Source: Candidatus Latescibacterota bacterium
GTDB lineage: Bacteria > Latescibacterota > UBA2968 > GCA-2709665
Reading direction: 5' to 3'
DNA length: 64,000 bases
Assembly: GCA_965222075.1 (NCBI GenBank)
Contig: OZ244937.1
Span: forward strand, 1,216,001 to 1,280,000
The notes below the pieces were generated by a model, which saw only the letters and a list, made by a program, of their open reading frames with translations, was not told where the DNA came from and ran no database searches. A program made the translations under genes and the position numbers. Shown in pieces: positions 39,620-50,236 of the stretch (its first letter is position 1; each line of letters opens with the position of its first letter).

Positions 39620-42160
39620 TCACTGCGTTTGTGACATAGGGTGCGCCACTGAGATCTGCAGGGGCAGGTTCAAAGTCGAGGGCGGCAGGCAGCGGCTGTC
39701 GTCGCAGGCCTGGAAATCGAGCTGGAGGTGGAGCCTGCCCCGTGCGCCCGGTTCTGTCTCCGGTGCCAGCTTGAGGGTTGCCCGGAGGATGACCTCGTCC
39801 TTGTAGACGGAGAGGGGCTGGTCGGCAAAGCCGAGGGTGAGCTGCCGGGCAGGGGGGTAGTCGACCGAGAGGACCTCCACCGGCAGGTCTGAGGTGACCT
39901 TGAGTTCGGTGGGGATCAGGAAGTCGAGCGAAGCGGGGTTGGCGTTGATGTGCCAGGTGTCCGCCACATGGAGGGTAAGCGTGATCTCAAAGGGCGTTTC
40001 GGGGACCACGCGGTCTACGGCGAGGGCGGCCCGGGCCTGGACCAGGTCTTCCCCTTTGGGGAGAGAAGAGGCCAGGCTCCCCCCGGGCGCTGGACCTGCC
40101 CGCGCGCTGCGCGCAGGCGGGTCGGATGGGGCAACCTGCAGGTAGCGCTGCACCCCTAAGAGCATCCGGTTGAAGGCCCTGGGGCTTTGTCCCATCAACC
40201 CGGCAAAGGCCTGCATGGTACGGCGTGCCCGGTCCAGATAGTCGCGGTTGCCCGTTGCTTCGTTGAGTGTCAGGAGGATGTGGACCGCCTCGGCGTTGCC
40301 CGAAGGGATGGCGGCTTCGTAGGGGCTTTTGGTGCGAACAATGAGGCGCTCCGAGCCGGTCGTAAAGTAGAATCCGCCCCCTGCTTTATCCCAGAAGAGG
40401 CGGTGCATCCGGTCCGTCAGGTCCTCCGCATGCTGGAGGTAACGGTCCTCTTTGGAGGCGCGGTAGAGGCCCAGCAGCCCCTGAATGAGAAAGGCGTAGT
40501 CTTCCTGGTAGCCCGTGTACTTGACCTTTCCCTTCCGGTAGGTACGCATCAGGTTGCCTTCCCGATCCCGCAGCTGCGCAAGGATAAAGTCGGCCGCCCG
40601 GCGGGCGCGCTGGAGGTAGACTTCTGTTTTTAAGACCTCATATCCGTAGGCGTAGGCGTCAATCATCATTCCGTTCCAGGCGGTGACGATTTTGGTGTCC
40701 AAAAGGGGGCGGTCCCGCCGCAGCCTGGCCTGCAGGAGCGCGGCCCTGGGGGGGCGCAGCCTGGCCTGGAGTTCCTCGGCGGAGATGCCTGCCGAATCGG
40801 CGGCAGTCTTTAAAGGGCGGGGCAAAAAGAGCACCCTGCCTTCTTCTTTGGGCAGGGGCGCCAGGCCGTAGACTTTCAGGAAGAGATCCGCCTCCCTTCC
40901 CAGGATGTCCCGGATTTCCCCTTCCGTCCAGAGATAATATTCCCCTTCTTTCCCGTGGGTTTCCGAATCCAGGGCCGAGTAGAACCCACCCTGCGGGGCG
41001 GTCATCACCCGGTCTACGAGTTGAAAGATGCCCTCCGCGGTCTGCCGGAAGGCCTCATCGCCTGTGGCGTGGTAGGCATGGAGGTAGACCTTTGCAAGCA
41101 TCGCCTGATTGTAGAGCATCTTCTCAAAGTGGGGCACCCACCAGCGGTCGTCGGTGGCGTAGCGGTGGAACCCGCCCCCGAGGTGGTCGTGCATGCCCCC
41201 CCGGGCCATCATGTTCAGGGTATGGGTGACGATTTCGAGCAGCCTGGAATTTCCAGTGCGTTTGTGTTCGGTCAGGAGGAGTTCCAGGACCTGGTCGGGA
41301 GGGAATTTGGGCGCCCTGCCAAACCCTCCGTAGGCGTTGTCGTAACTCCCCTCCAGCCGCCGGATGGCATTGTCCACCAGGGCCCGGTCCAGGTCCACTT
41401 TGCCGGGCGACGTTTCCGAGTTCTTCTCGGCCCGCCGGATGGCCTCGGCGACCTGCTCCGCCCGTGCGTTGACTTCCTCCCGACGGTTTGTCCAGAAGTC
41501 GTGCAGGCTTTTCAATACCCGGGGAAATCCCGGCCTGCCGAATTGCCTGTTGTCCTGCGGGGGGAAGTAGGTCCCGGCGAAGAAGGGCTTCAGGTCGGGG
41601 GTGAGGAAGACCGAATTGGGCCAGCCCCCGTGGCGGGTGATGATGCGCGTGGCCGTCATGTAGATTTCGTCGATGTCGGGGCGTTCCTCTCGGTCGACCT
41701 TGATGTTGATAAACCACCGGTTCATCAGGTTGGCGATTGCGGGATCGGAGAAGACGAGCCGTTCCATAACATGACACCAGTAGCAGGTGGAGTAGCCCAC
41801 GGAGAGAAAGACCGGTTTGTCTTCCTCCAGGGCCCGTTCCAGCGCCCTGGGACCCCAGGGGTACCAGTCCACCGGGTTGTGCGCGTGCAGCAGCAGATAG
41901 GGGCTGGTCTCGTGGATCAGGCGGTTGGTGTACTTCCAGGAGCCGTCGGGGGTTTTCAGTTTTGCTGCGTGGGGGTGGACCTCCTCTGTATAACCGGCCG
42001 ATGCGGTTGGCAGGGAGACCTCTGTCGCTTCCTCTTTCGATGTCCCTATCAAGTAGCCCGTCCCTCCGACCGCAGTGAGGAGCCCAATCCCGGCCAGGAG
42101 GAAAAGCCAGGTTTTTCTCCGCTTGAAGAGAGGTGTTTTTGACCCTTGTGTTGCATCCAT
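39620..42160 (-). CDS. thioredoxin-domain protein (YyaL/SPATA20 family) with C-terminal DsbD-N-like domain
   Basis: [49 protein letters not shown]; C-terminal WHINANP and [11 protein letters not shown]. Confidence 0.92.
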   Translation of the reverse strand: MDATQGSKTPLFKRRKTWLFLLAGIGLLTAVGGTGYLIGTSKEEATEVSLPTASAGYTEEVHPHAAKLKTPDGSWKYTNRLIHETSPYLLLHAHNPVDWYPWGPRALERALEEDKPVFLSVGYSTCYWCHVMERLVFSDPAIANLMNRWFINIKVDREERPDIDEIYMTATRIITRHGGWPNSVFLTPDLKPFFAGTYFPPQDNRQFGRPGFPRVLKSLHDFWTNRREEVNARAEQVAEAIRRAEKNSETSPGKVDLDRALVDNAIRRLEGSYDNAYGGFGRAPKFPPDQVLELLLTEHKRTGNSRLLEIVTHTLNMMARGGMHDHLGGGFHRYATDDRWWVPHFEKMLYNQAMLAKVYLHAYHATGDEAFRQTAEGIFQLVDRVMTAPQGGFYSALDSETHGKEGEYYLWTEGEIRDILGREADLFLKVYGLAPLPKEEGRVLFLPRPLKTAADSAGISAEELQARLRPPRAALLQARLRRDRPLLDTKIVTAWNGMMIDAYAYGYEVLKTEVYLQRARRAADFILAQLRDREGNLMRTYRKGKVKYTGYQEDYAFLIQGLLGLYRASKEDRYLQHAEDLTDRMHRLFWDKAGGGFYFTTGSERLIVRTKSPYEAAIPSGNAEAVHILLTLNEATGNRDYLDRARRTMQAFAGLMGQSPRAFNRMLLGVQRYLQVAPSDPPARSARAGPAPGGSLASSLPKGEDLVQARAALAVDRVVPETPFEITLTLHVADTWHINANPASLDFLIPTELKVTSDLPVEVLSVDYPPARQLTLGFADQPLSVYKDEVILRATLKLAPETEPGARGRLHLQLDFQACDDSRCLPPSTLNLPLQISVAHPMSQTQ
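40095..40121. repeat. variant CCTGCCCG...CAGGCGGG palindromic insertion, copy 5 (27 bp, in frame)
   Basis: cctgcccgcgcgctgcgcgcaggcggg; on the coding (minus) strand it adds PPARSARAG in the interdomain linker; removal gives TCC GAT CCA. Confidence 0.6.
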
Positions 42161-42198
42161 CAGGATGACCTCATAGGAAGATTTGGAGAGAGCACCCC

Positions 42199-43461
42199 TT
42201 AGAAGCGCCTGGAGAAAGACCCGAACGCCCGCTTGATTTTGGCTACGGCATCAACGATGTCGTCCATGTCCTTTTGTGTGCCCAGGAGCATGGACTGGTA
42301 GAGCCAGATGCTGTGGTTGCAGGCGAATTCGACGTTGGGGCAGGGGAGTCTTCGAACGAGGTGGGGATACTGTTGCGAGACGGTCTTGAGGGCGCCCTCA
42401 TCCGTGAGGGGTCTTTTGTAGCCCGGGGTGCTGGGGATGCCTTCGGCCTGAAGGGCCTTGACGAACGCGTCCCGGGTGCGGCCGCCAAAGGCATCCGGAT
42501 CGTAAAGCATCATGTAGAGGTGGTAGCCGTGCCGGGTGACCCAGGGGTGGTGCCGGGGGGGCATGATGCCTTCGATCTGTTCCAGCGCTTTAGAGAGGTA
42601 AGCGGCGTTTTCGTTGCGGATGCGGGTCTGTGCTTCCAGCCTGGGCAGCCGCTGCAGGAGGATCGCGGCTGTGTATTCCGAAGTCCGGTAGTTCCACCCG
42701 TGCCGGGGGTACTCCCAGCGCTCGCCGCCCGGACGCCGGCCCACGTCCTTGAAGGCGTAGGCCCGGTCCCGAATCTCCTGGTTGTTGGTGAGGATGCAGC
42801 CTCCCTCTCCTGAGGTGAGATTTTTGCTGGACTGGAAGCTGTAAGCGCCCACGTGGCCGAGGGGACCGACCTTGTGCCCTTTGTACTCCGCTCCGTGCGC
42901 CTGGGCGCAATCCTCGATGACAACAAGGTTGTGCTTTTCGGCAATCGCGTTCAGGCCGTCCATGTCGGCGGGGTGCCCCCCCACATGGACAGGGAGAATG
43001 CCGACGGTTTGGCTGGTGATGGCCGCTTCCACGGCTTTGGGATGTATTGTGAAGCAGACCGGGTCAATATCGACCAGGGCCAGGGAGCAGCGGGTGGACA
43101 GGGGGGCGCTGGCCGTGGCGATAAAGGTGTAGTTGGGGATGATGATCTCACCGCCGTCTCCCAGGCCGTCTAAGTCGAGCGCACCGGCCACGGCGGCCGA
43201 AATGGCGTCTGTACCGTGGGGCATGATGATGCCGTAGCGGGCATCGCAGTAAGCCGCAAGCGCCTGTCCAAAGGCCTCGCCCCGGGGGGCCGGGAGGCCC
43301 TCTACTGTCTGGAGATAGACCTCCCGCAGGGCAGGTTCAATCTTATGTTCCCATTCCTCCTGGGTGTTCCGGGGCCAGGCCGGCCAGGGTTTTTTTTCGG
43401 TATCGCGGACAGGCGTGCCCCCCTCAAGGGCGAGTTTTTCAGATACGGAGACAAATGCCAT
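42199..43461 (-). CDS. DegT/DnrJ/EryC1/StrS-family PLP aminotransferase
   Basis: [39 protein letters not shown]; ATG at 43461 after AAGGAGG. Confidence 0.93.
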   Translation of the reverse strand: MAFVSVSEKLALEGGTPVRDTEKKPWPAWPRNTQEEWEHKIEPALREVYLQTVEGLPAPRGEAFGQALAAYCDARYGIIMPHGTDAISAAVAGALDLDGLGDGGEIIIPNYTFIATASAPLSTRCSLALVDIDPVCFTIHPKAVEAAITSQTVGILPVHVGGHPADMDGLNAIAEKHNLVVIEDCAQAHGAEYKGHKVGPLGHVGAYSFQSSKNLTSGEGGCILTNNQEIRDRAYAFKDVGRRPGGERWEYPRHGWNYRTSEYTAAILLQRLPRLEAQTRIRNENAAYLSKALEQIEGIMPPRHHPWVTRHGYHLYMMLYDPDAFGGRTRDAFVKALQAEGIPSTPGYKRPLTDEGALKTVSQQYPHLVRRLPCPNVEFACNHSIWLYQSMLLGTQKDMDDIVDAVAKIKRAFGSFSRRF

Positions 43462-44716
43462 GCACATCCTCCTTCACCAGTTCACAGGCCGCAGCCCGAA
43501 TGATGGGTTCGCCTTCCACGGCCAGGCCGGCGTATTTTGGCTCCATGCCGCCCTCCTTGTGCGCAAGCGGTGTGCTCAGGTAGCCGATGTCGGCCGAAGG
43601 GCCGGACAGGACAGCCGTGAGCCGATCGCCTGCGGCCTGTTTGATCGCTTTTGCAGTCTCGACGAAGATCTCACCCGGAAGGTGGAGGATGTCTGCGCCG
43701 TTGATGGAGACGCGGGTGATGGTGTAGGCCAGGCCTGTTCGGCCTGTCCGATAAAGCCGGTTTCCGTAGGCCTGAAACCGCTGCAGCCCGTCGGACCGTT
43801 TGGGGGTAGAGGCAAGTCCGGCTTCGATCTCACCGGGGTTGGGGTAGGAGAAGGCGGGCATCTGGATCGTTTTCTGTTTTACGGTGACTCCCTCACCTGA
43901 GGAGGTCTCTGTTTGTTCCAGGGCGTAGAGGGCCGCGCCCGCCACGCTGTGGCCCACGCGCTGATGGGTGCGCCCGCCCCGGCTGACGGGAACGACATTG
44001 CCGATGCTGCCCGGCAGGAAGAGAGACTGGATACCTGCGGTTTTCAAGACCTTCCGCACGACGCCGGGGTAGTCCGCCGAGATGTTCCCGGACTTGTCTG
44101 TGTTGCACAGCGCGTGACACCCAAAGATAAAGGCGCAACAGGTGGGGGTGCCTTCCTCGTTGTCCACCCGAATGACGTAGACATTCTCGTCGATATCCGC
44201 GTAGGTCAGTTCCGGCCGGGGATAGGGGAATTTGAAGTTGCTCATCACCAGCTTCCCGTCCCTGTCGTACGACCGCCTGTTGTAAAGGATGTCCGGGGCC
44301 GAGCAGGCGCCCACGCCGATGTGGGCAGGCGCCATCGCACCCGCCGCTTTTCGGATCGCAGCGGCCATCTGATCGGCGAAGTAATCGTCCCTACCGTAAT
44401 ATTTGAGGTCTTCACAGGGTGTGCTGACGTAGGACTGGAACAGGATCGGCGCGGTTGCAATGTGCGCCGCACAGGGCAGGATGTGGTCCAGGTTCAGCCA
44501 TACGATATCCGACAGGCGTTTTCTGACACGCCGGACCAGGTCATCTTCAATGCTGAAAAAATCCCCGGCGAGGAAGGTCACATTTGTATCTCCACCCTGC
44601 AGGATGAGCGCACGGAAAGAGATCGGATCAAAGACTTCAAAGGCCCCATCGGGCGGTTTTTTCGGCGTGAAGTCCTGTATTCCAAATCCGACGTTTAAAG
44701 GCAACGCATCCGACAT
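43439..44716 (-). CDS. neutral/alkaline ceramidase-like hydrolase
   Basis: DPISFRAL, AAHIATAP, NRR, GCHA, ISADYPG, LPGEIF and GYL..GGME motifs. Confidence 0.75.
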   Translation of the reverse strand: MSDALPLNVGFGIQDFTPKKPPDGAFEVFDPISFRALILQGGDTNVTFLAGDFFSIEDDLVRRVRKRLSDIVWLNLDHILPCAAHIATAPILFQSYVSTPCEDLKYYGRDDYFADQMAAAIRKAAGAMAPAHIGVGACSAPDILYNRRSYDRDGKLVMSNFKFPYPRPELTYADIDENVYVIRVDNEEGTPTCCAFIFGCHALCNTDKSGNISADYPGVVRKVLKTAGIQSLFLPGSIGNVVPVSRGGRTHQRVGHSVAGAALYALEQTETSSGEGVTVKQKTIQMPAFSYPNPGEIEAGLASTPKRSDGLQRFQAYGNRLYRTGRTGLAYTITRVSINGADILHLPGEIFVETAKAIKQAAGDRLTAVLSGPSADIGYLSTPLAHKEGGMEPKYAGLAVEGEPIIRAAACELVKEDVHGICLRI

Positions 44717-44839
44717 GGATCACGATCCTCTCTGATGGATTACCGTTGGTTTGCGACAGCCCACTATCAATAATCGGCGTAATCGGAGATCCTGTCAAGC
44801 TTTTTTCGTTTCACGGAGTCAGGTTGGGATGCCGGTACC

Positions 44840-44868
44840 TTGACCTATTCATTGGTATGATTTACATT
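44840..44868 (+). promoter_or_regulatory. sigma70-type promoter
   Basis: TTGACC-17 nt-TACATT in the divergent intergenic region. Confidence 0.5.
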
Positions 44869-45019
44869 ATATTCAGAATCTAACCGCGCTGTGCAGATCG
44901 CTCCGGGGCATCCGTGTGAGGTGGCCTACGAACCGGTCACGTTTGAGATGGTAGAAGCAGAAGTGACGCCGTTTCCGATTCAACCATAGGGCGATGCAGG
45001 CCAGGAAGGGAGAGGTGCG

Positions 45020-47887
45020 ATGGAGGCTTTGGTTGAGGCTCTGGAAGAGGCAGTTGAGGGAGAGGTGCGGTTCGACCGGGCATCGCGTGTGCTCTACAGC
45101 ACCGACGCCAGCCTGTATGAGATTGAACCGCTGGGGGTGGTGATCCCTAAAAAAAGGCAGGATGTCCTGGCCGTTCACCGGCTTGCGGACCAGTTCGGGG
45201 CGCCTGTGATTCCGCGCGGGGGAGGTACGGGGCTGGCCGGTCAGTCCGTGGGCCGTGCTGTGATTATGGATATGTCCAAGTACATGAACAGCATCCTGGA
45301 ACTGAACGCCGAAGAAGGGTGGGTGCGGGTGGAGCCGGGCGTGGTGCTGGACCAGTTGAACGCGTACTTGAACGCCCACGGGCTCCAGTTTGCCCCCGAT
45401 GTGGCCACCAGCAGCCGCGCGAATATCGGGGGAATGGTCGCCAACAACTCGGCCGGCGCGCATTCGGTGATCTATGGAAAGACGATCGACCATGTGCTTG
45501 AACTTTCTGTGGTCCTGGCGGACGGGACGGAGGCCGTGTTCCGGGAGATGGGGAAGGCAGAGGTCCGGCAGAAGGTGGAGCAGAAGGACCTGGAGGGTCA
45601 GGCCTACCGGGAGGTGGTGCGGCTGGCGAGGACGCACCGGGAGGAGATCGAGCGGCGCTATCCCAAGATCATGAGGCGCGTCGGGGGCTATAATCTGGAT
45701 GCGTTTGTGGGAGATCGGCCGTTTAATATGTGCCGGATGGTGGTTGGGTCCGAAGGCACCCTGGCCACGATCCTGGAGGCCAAACTCAGGGTGATCCCCC
45801 TGCCGAAGGCCAAGGTCCTGGGCGTGGTTCAGTTCCAGGATCTGATTGAGGCCATGGAGGCCGTAGCGCCCATTTTGGAGACGGGGCCGGCGGCGGTGGA
45901 ACTGATGGACAAGATGATCTTAGACCAGACCGTGGGATCGCTGGCCCTTTCCGGACAACGCGCCTGGGTTGAGGGCGACCCCGAGGCGGTGCTGGCCGTA
46001 GAATACTATGGGGAGACGAGCGAGGCGCTGCGCCCCAGGTTGGACGAGCTTGAAGCGGCGATGGCGGCAGTGGGGCTTGGGTATGGGTTCCATCGGGCGA
46101 TTTCGCCACAGGAACAGGCGAACGTCTGGAATGTGCGCAAGGCCGGGCTGGGGCTGTTGATGGGGATTAAGGGAGATACCAAGCCGGTGGCCTTTGTTGA
46201 GGACGCGGCGGTTTCTCCGGAAAAGCTGCCCGATTACATCCGGGAGTTTGACGGGATTGTGCGGTCCCACGGCACCACGGCCGGGTACTATGCCCATGCC
46301 AGTGTGGGGTTGCTGCACGTTCGCCCGCTGGTGAATCTGAAGACGGCGGAGGGGGTAGCGAAGATGCGGGCGATTGCCGAGCAGGTCCGGGACCTGGTCT
46401 TGAAGTACGGCGGGGCAATGAGCGGGGAGCACGGCGATGGGCTGGCCCGGAGTTGCTGGAACGAACAGATGTTCGGGACAAGGCTCTACGACGCGTTTCG
46501 GGAGGTGAAGCGGGCGTTTGATCCTAAAGGGTTGATGAACCCCGGAAAGATTGTGGATGCGCCCGTGATGACCCAAAACCTCCGGTTCGGGACCGGCTAC
46601 CGGGCCGAGGAGATCAAGACGCACTTCGACTTCTCCGCAGACGGGGGGTTTCACCGGGCCGTGGAAATGTGCAACGGTGTGGGGGCCTGCCGCAAGGTGC
46701 TGGAAGGGACGATGTGCCCGTCCTATATGGCCACCTTAGAGGAAGAGCACTCCACGCGGGGGCGGGCCAATGCCCTGCGGGCGGCGATTTCCGGGCGGTG
46801 GGAAGGGGGGCTGACGGACAAGCGGCTCTACGAGGTGCTCGACCTGTGTTTGGAGTGCAAGGCCTGCAAGGCGGAGTGTCCATCCAATGTGGATATGGCC
46901 AAGCTCAAGTACGAATTTCTCGCCCACTATTACGAGGACCACGGCAGGCCGCTGCGGGCGTGGCTTTTTGCGAATATCGAGATGGTTAACCGGGTCGGGT
47001 GTGCGCTTGCGCCCGTTTCGAACTGGGTTGCGAACAGCGGCCTGGGCCGGTTTGCCCTGGGGGCGCTTGGCATCGCCCCCCAACGGTCCCTGCCGCGGTT
47101 TGCCCGTCAGACCTTTACGGACTGGTTTTCCAGGCGAAAAGGGTTAAAAAGCGACCGCAAGGTCGTCCTTTTCCACGACACCTTTCTCACCTACAACCAT
47201 CCGGCCATCGGGGTGGCGGCCACACGGTTTTTTGAGGCAGCGGGAATCGAGGTGGTACTGCCGGAGAAGCGCTGCTGCGGGCGGCCCATGCTTTCCAGCG
47301 GTATGGTCGATGAGGCGAAGGCGAACGCTGCTTTCAATGTTGAAAGTCTCTATGCCTACGTGAAGAAGGGCTATGAGATTGTGGGGTTTGAGCCGAGTTG
47401 TGTGTCGATGCTCACGGATGACTACCTGGATCTGACGCCGGATTCGAGGGCACGCGCAGTGGCAGAAAAGAGCTATTTGTTTGAGGAGTACGTGGCGGTG
47501 TTGGGCGAACGGGACGAACTGGAGATCCCTTTTTCGAATCTCAAAAAGGAGATTCTGGTCCACGGGCACTGCCACCAGAAGGCGCTGGGGGGGATCGAAC
47601 CTGTGTTGGCCGCGTTGAACCTGCCGCCCGGATATACGGCCAGAGCCATCGATTCGGCCTGCTGCGGGATGGCGGGGGCATTCGGCTATGAGGCCGAGCA
47701 CTATGAGGTTTCGTTGAAGGTTGGAGAAGACCGGCTCTTGAAGGTCGTCCGGGAGGCGGCGCCCCACGTGGAGGTTGCAGCCGCAGGGCTTTCCTGTCGG
47801 CAGCAGATTGCGCACGCCACAGGGCGACAGGCCCGCCATCCCGTTGAGGTGCTCTGGGATGCGGTTGCGCCGGGAAGGGGTCTGTGA
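45020..47887 (+). CDS. FAD-binding and Fe-S (GlcD-GlcF fusion, YdiJ-like) oxidoreductase
   Basis: YSTDAS, PRGGGTGLAGQ, SGEHGDG, CNGVGAC, CLECKACKAECP and CCG domains. Confidence 0.93.
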   Translation: MEALVEALEEAVEGEVRFDRASRVLYSTDASLYEIEPLGVVIPKKRQDVLAVHRLADQFGAPVIPRGGGTGLAGQSVGRAVIMDMSKYMNSILELNAEEGWVRVEPGVVLDQLNAYLNAHGLQFAPDVATSSRANIGGMVANNSAGAHSVIYGKTIDHVLELSVVLADGTEAVFREMGKAEVRQKVEQKDLEGQAYREVVRLARTHREEIERRYPKIMRRVGGYNLDAFVGDRPFNMCRMVVGSEGTLATILEAKLRVIPLPKAKVLGVVQFQDLIEAMEAVAPILETGPAAVELMDKMILDQTVGSLALSGQRAWVEGDPEAVLAVEYYGETSEALRPRLDELEAAMAAVGLGYGFHRAISPQEQANVWNVRKAGLGLLMGIKGDTKPVAFVEDAAVSPEKLPDYIREFDGIVRSHGTTAGYYAHASVGLLHVRPLVNLKTAEGVAKMRAIAEQVRDLVLKYGGAMSGEHGDGLARSCWNEQMFGTRLYDAFREVKRAFDPKGLMNPGKIVDAPVMTQNLRFGTGYRAEEIKTHFDFSADGGFHRAVEMCNGVGACRKVLEGTMCPSYMATLEEEHSTRGRANALRAAISGRWEGGLTDKRLYEVLDLCLECKACKAECPSNVDMAKLKYEFLAHYYEDHGRPLRAWLFANIEMVNRVGCALAPVSNWVANSGLGRFALGALGIAPQRSLPRFARQTFTDWFSRRKGLKSDRKVVLFHDTFLTYNHPAIGVAATRFFEAAGIEVVLPEKRCCGRPMLSSGMVDEAKANAAFNVESLYAYVKKGYEIVGFEPSCVSMLTDDYLDLTPDSRARAVAEKSYLFEEYVAVLGERDELEIPFSNLKKEILVHGHCHQKALGGIEPVLAALNLPPGYTARAIDSACCGMAGAFGYEAEHYEVSLKVGEDRLLKVVREAAPHVEVAAAGLSCRQQIAHATGRQARHPVEVLWDAVAPGRGL

Positions 47888-48168
47888 TGGGCGGATTGAC
47901 GCGGGTTTACGTCCGGGTCGCCGGGGTCGTGCAGGGGGTAGGGTTCCGCTATTTTACCCAGCGGAAGGCCAGGGAGTTGGGCCTGGCGGGATACGTCCGA
48001 AACCTGCCCGATGGAGACGTGGAGATGGAAGTTGAGGGGCCGTCGGACCGGATTTCTGCGCTTGTTGGCGCGGCAAGCCAGGGGCCGCCAGGGGCAGATG
48101 TCCGGGAGGTCCACACGGACGAACGCCTCGTTGAAGGGGCCGGTTCGGGTTTTGAGGTCCGTTTTTAA
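47887..48168 (+). CDS. acyP: acylphosphatase
   Basis: GVVQGVGFR and GYVRNLPDG signatures. Confidence 0.93.
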   Translation: MGGLTRVYVRVAGVVQGVGFRYFTQRKARELGLAGYVRNLPDGDVEMEVEGPSDRISALVGAASQGPPGADVREVHTDERLVEGAGSGFEVRF

Positions 48169-48183
48169 CGCAAGGGAGGGCGC

Positions 48184-48702
48184 ATGTCGATCGATCTGGC
48201 GTCGTACATTCGAGAGGTTCCCGATTTCCCAAAGCCGGGAATTCTCTTTAAAGATATTACGACCCTGTTGAAGCACCCCGCCGCGCTGGAAACGTCCATC
48301 CGGAAGCTCGCCGATCCCTACCGGGACCGGGAGATCGAACTTGTGGCGAGTGTAGAGTCACGAGGGTTTATTTTTGGGACGGGACTGGCGCGGGAGCTCA
48401 AGGCCGGGTTTGTGCCCATCCGCAAGTCCGGCAAGCTGCCGGCAGAGACGATCTCGGTCTCTTACCAACTGGAATACGGCACGGACAGTGTAGAAATCCA
48501 CAAGGATGCGGTTGCCCCGGGCCAGCGCGTGCTGATGGTGGACGACCTGCTGGCCACCGGGGGGACCATGGAGGCCGCTTGCAGGCTCGTGGATGAGCTG
48601 AAGGGCGAGATTGTGGGGATCGCCTTCCTGATTGAGCTGACGTTTCTGGAGGGGCGAAAGAAACTGGACGACCGGGAGATATTTTCGGTTCTCCGGTATT
48701 AA
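48184..48702 (+). CDS. apt: adenine phosphoribosyltransferase
   Basis: PDFPKPGILFKDIT, ESRGF and VDDLLATGGT. Confidence 0.97.
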   Translation: MSIDLASYIREVPDFPKPGILFKDITTLLKHPAALETSIRKLADPYRDREIELVASVESRGFIFGTGLARELKAGFVPIRKSGKLPAETISVSYQLEYGTDSVEIHKDAVAPGQRVLMVDDLLATGGTMEAACRLVDELKGEIVGIAFLIELTFLEGRKKLDDREIFSVLRY

Positions 48703-48781
48703 GGCAGTCGCCAGTCCCGGGGCGCGCGGACTGATTTACTGTGCTCGTCGAGGTCGTCAGAGAGGCAGGGGAGCAAAATGC

Positions 48782-48810
48782 TTGACTGTTCGGATTCACA
48801 ATCTTATATT
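48782..48810 (+). promoter_or_regulatory. tRNA promoter
   Basis: TTGACT-17 nt-TATATT, 20 nt upstream of the tRNA. Confidence 0.7.
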
Positions 48811-48830
48811 CAAATTTTCTGAACAATGTA

Positions 48831-48906
48831 GCCCCTGTAGCTCAGAGGATAGAGCAGCGGATTCCTAATCCGTTGGTCGGGTGTTCGAGTCACCCCAGGG
48901 GTACCA
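48831..48906 (+). tRNA. tRNA-Arg (anticodon CCT)
   Basis: Acceptor stem GCCCCTG/CAGGGGT; D-arm GCTCAGAGGATAGAGC; anticodon arm GCGGA-TTCCTAA-TCCGT; T-loop GTTCGAGT; encoded CCA. Confidence 0.96.
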
Positions 48907-48932
48907 GATAAACGATTGTGGAAGAGCAGGTT

Positions 48933-48960
48933 GTAACGGCTCCCGGCGCGGAGCCGTTAC
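48933..48960 (+). terminator. hairpin downstream of the tRNA
   Basis: Perfect 11-bp stem gtaacggctcc/ggagccgttac; weak U-tract. Confidence 0.55.
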
Positions 48961-49096
48961 TGCGTGGCGAACCGTTTTTTCAGGGATTTTTATGAGTAGG
49001 ATCAGTGGAAGGCGTGTCGTCGTTATTCGCCGGTTGACAGATTCGAGAACTTTCTTTAAGTTTTAGGTTGAACACCTGGAAGTGGCATTCCAGGCC

Positions 49097-49125
49097 TTGA
49101 CAAAGCGATACCGGGGATTTATACT
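49097..49125 (+). promoter_or_regulatory. sigma70-type promoter
   Basis: TTGACA-17 nt-TATACT, about 60 nt upstream of ORF 49186. Confidence 0.7.
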
Positions 49126-49185
49126 ACACCCGGAATGCCCCCCGCAGGACAAGCCGGGCCGGATGGTTTGGAAGGAGGGACATAG

Positions 49186-49533
49186 ATGCCCCAGGAGATG
49201 TCCGATTACAGTGAAGACGAGCATATTCTGGCCAGTCTGAGCGATCCCATAGACGTCGAGGCGTTCTCCAATCTGATGGCGTATGCGCACCAGCAGGGGA
49301 TAAGTGCGGCAGATTTTATCCGCGAGGAGCCCGGGCGGACTTCTCGGAAGACCATTCGGAAGCTTTGTCTCAAGGATGTGAAGCGGTCGCTGCGGGCACG
49401 GGTCGCGTCTGTCTTCAAAACCCTCTGGGATCGCCCGGCAGAAGATCCTGAAGGCGCCTTTGTCCATTCGCTCTATGGCCCCGTAACACGGCTGCCGGCA
49501 TCGGGTAAGAATGGTCAGAAAGGGAGGACCTGA
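49186..49533 (+). CDS. hypothetical protein
   Basis: 115 aa ORF with AGGAGG RBS, downstream of a near-consensus promoter. Confidence 0.6.
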   Translation: MPQEMSDYSEDEHILASLSDPIDVEAFSNLMAYAHQQGISAADFIREEPGRTSRKTIRKLCLKDVKRSLRARVASVFKTLWDRPAEDPEGAFVHSLYGPVTRLPASGKNGQKGRT

Positions 49534-49535
49534 GG

Positions 49536-49712
49536 GTGGTAAAACGGCAGGCGCTGCTGGCCCATATTGTGGAGTTAGAGGAACTGGTGGAGAAGCTTTT
49601 GGTGGATGTCCGGTCGGGATCTACCCAGGCACGGGATCTGGTGGTGCACCTCCACAGGGAGGTTATGGAGAAACGGCAGCGTCTGAAGGATTTGTATGAA
49701 AAAGGTGGGTGA
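49536..49712 (+). CDS. small coiled-coil hypothetical protein (58 aa)
   Basis: Not in the track. GTG after GGGAGG: MVKRQALLAHIVELEELVEKLLVDVRSGSTQARDLVVHLHREVMEKRQRLKDLYEKGG. Confidence 0.55.
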   Translation: MVKRQALLAHIVELEELVEKLLVDVRSGSTQARDLVVHLHREVMEKRQRLKDLYEKGG

Positions 49713-49822
49713 GCCAGCACAGAAGGTCGTGACGCTGAGGTTGGAACCAGGTAGCGGAGTGCAAAGAGCAGTGACATCCGACAGAGGCTGTGCTGCGCAT
49801 TCCGCTCTTTTTATACCCGAAC

Positions 49823-50236
49823 ATGGCTCGAATTCTGGCTGTAGATTACGGACGGCGCCGGATCGGTCTGGCGGTTAGCGATGAACTGGGTTTGACCGCC
49901 CAGGGCATACCCACGGTCCGGGCCGGGGGAATGGCGGAGGCCACCGCGGCTGTTGCCGAGGTAGCTTCCAGGTGGAAGGTTGGGGAGATCGTGGTGGGGC
50001 TGCCCCTGAATATGGACAGCAGCCGCGGGCCGATGGCCGAAGCGGCGGAGGCCTTTGCCTGTGGCCTGCGGAAGGCGACTGGCCTGCGGGTGCGTTGCTG
50101 GGATGAACGGCTGACCAGCCGTTCGGCTCGACGGGCCGTGCAGGAGATGGGGAAGGGGGCACGGGGGCGGAAGGAAACGGTGGATCGTATAGCGGCCACG
50201 CTCCTGCTGGATACGTATCTGCGGGCGCAAGGATGA
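49823..50236 (+). CDS. ruvX: Holliday junction resolvase-like protein RuvX/YqgF
   Basis: ILAVDYGRRRIGLAVSD, VVGLPLNMD, WDERLTS and VDRIAATLLL. Confidence 0.95.
   Translation: MARILAVDYGRRRIGLAVSDELGLTAQGIPTVRAGGMAEATAAVAEVASRWKVGEIVVGLPLNMDSSRGPMAEAAEAFACGLRKATGLRVRCWDERLTSRSARRAVQEMGKGARGRKETVDRIAATLLLDTYLRAQG

Noticed and set aside
44870-45019. 150-nt leader before the FAD/Fe-S oxidoreductase as a possible ncRNA or riboswitch
   Set aside because: No recognisable Rfam-type motif or convincing long stem by eye.
48831-48906. tRNA-Arg as an island integration site
   Set aside because: No integrase nearby and no duplicated tRNA 3' end noticed in the window.
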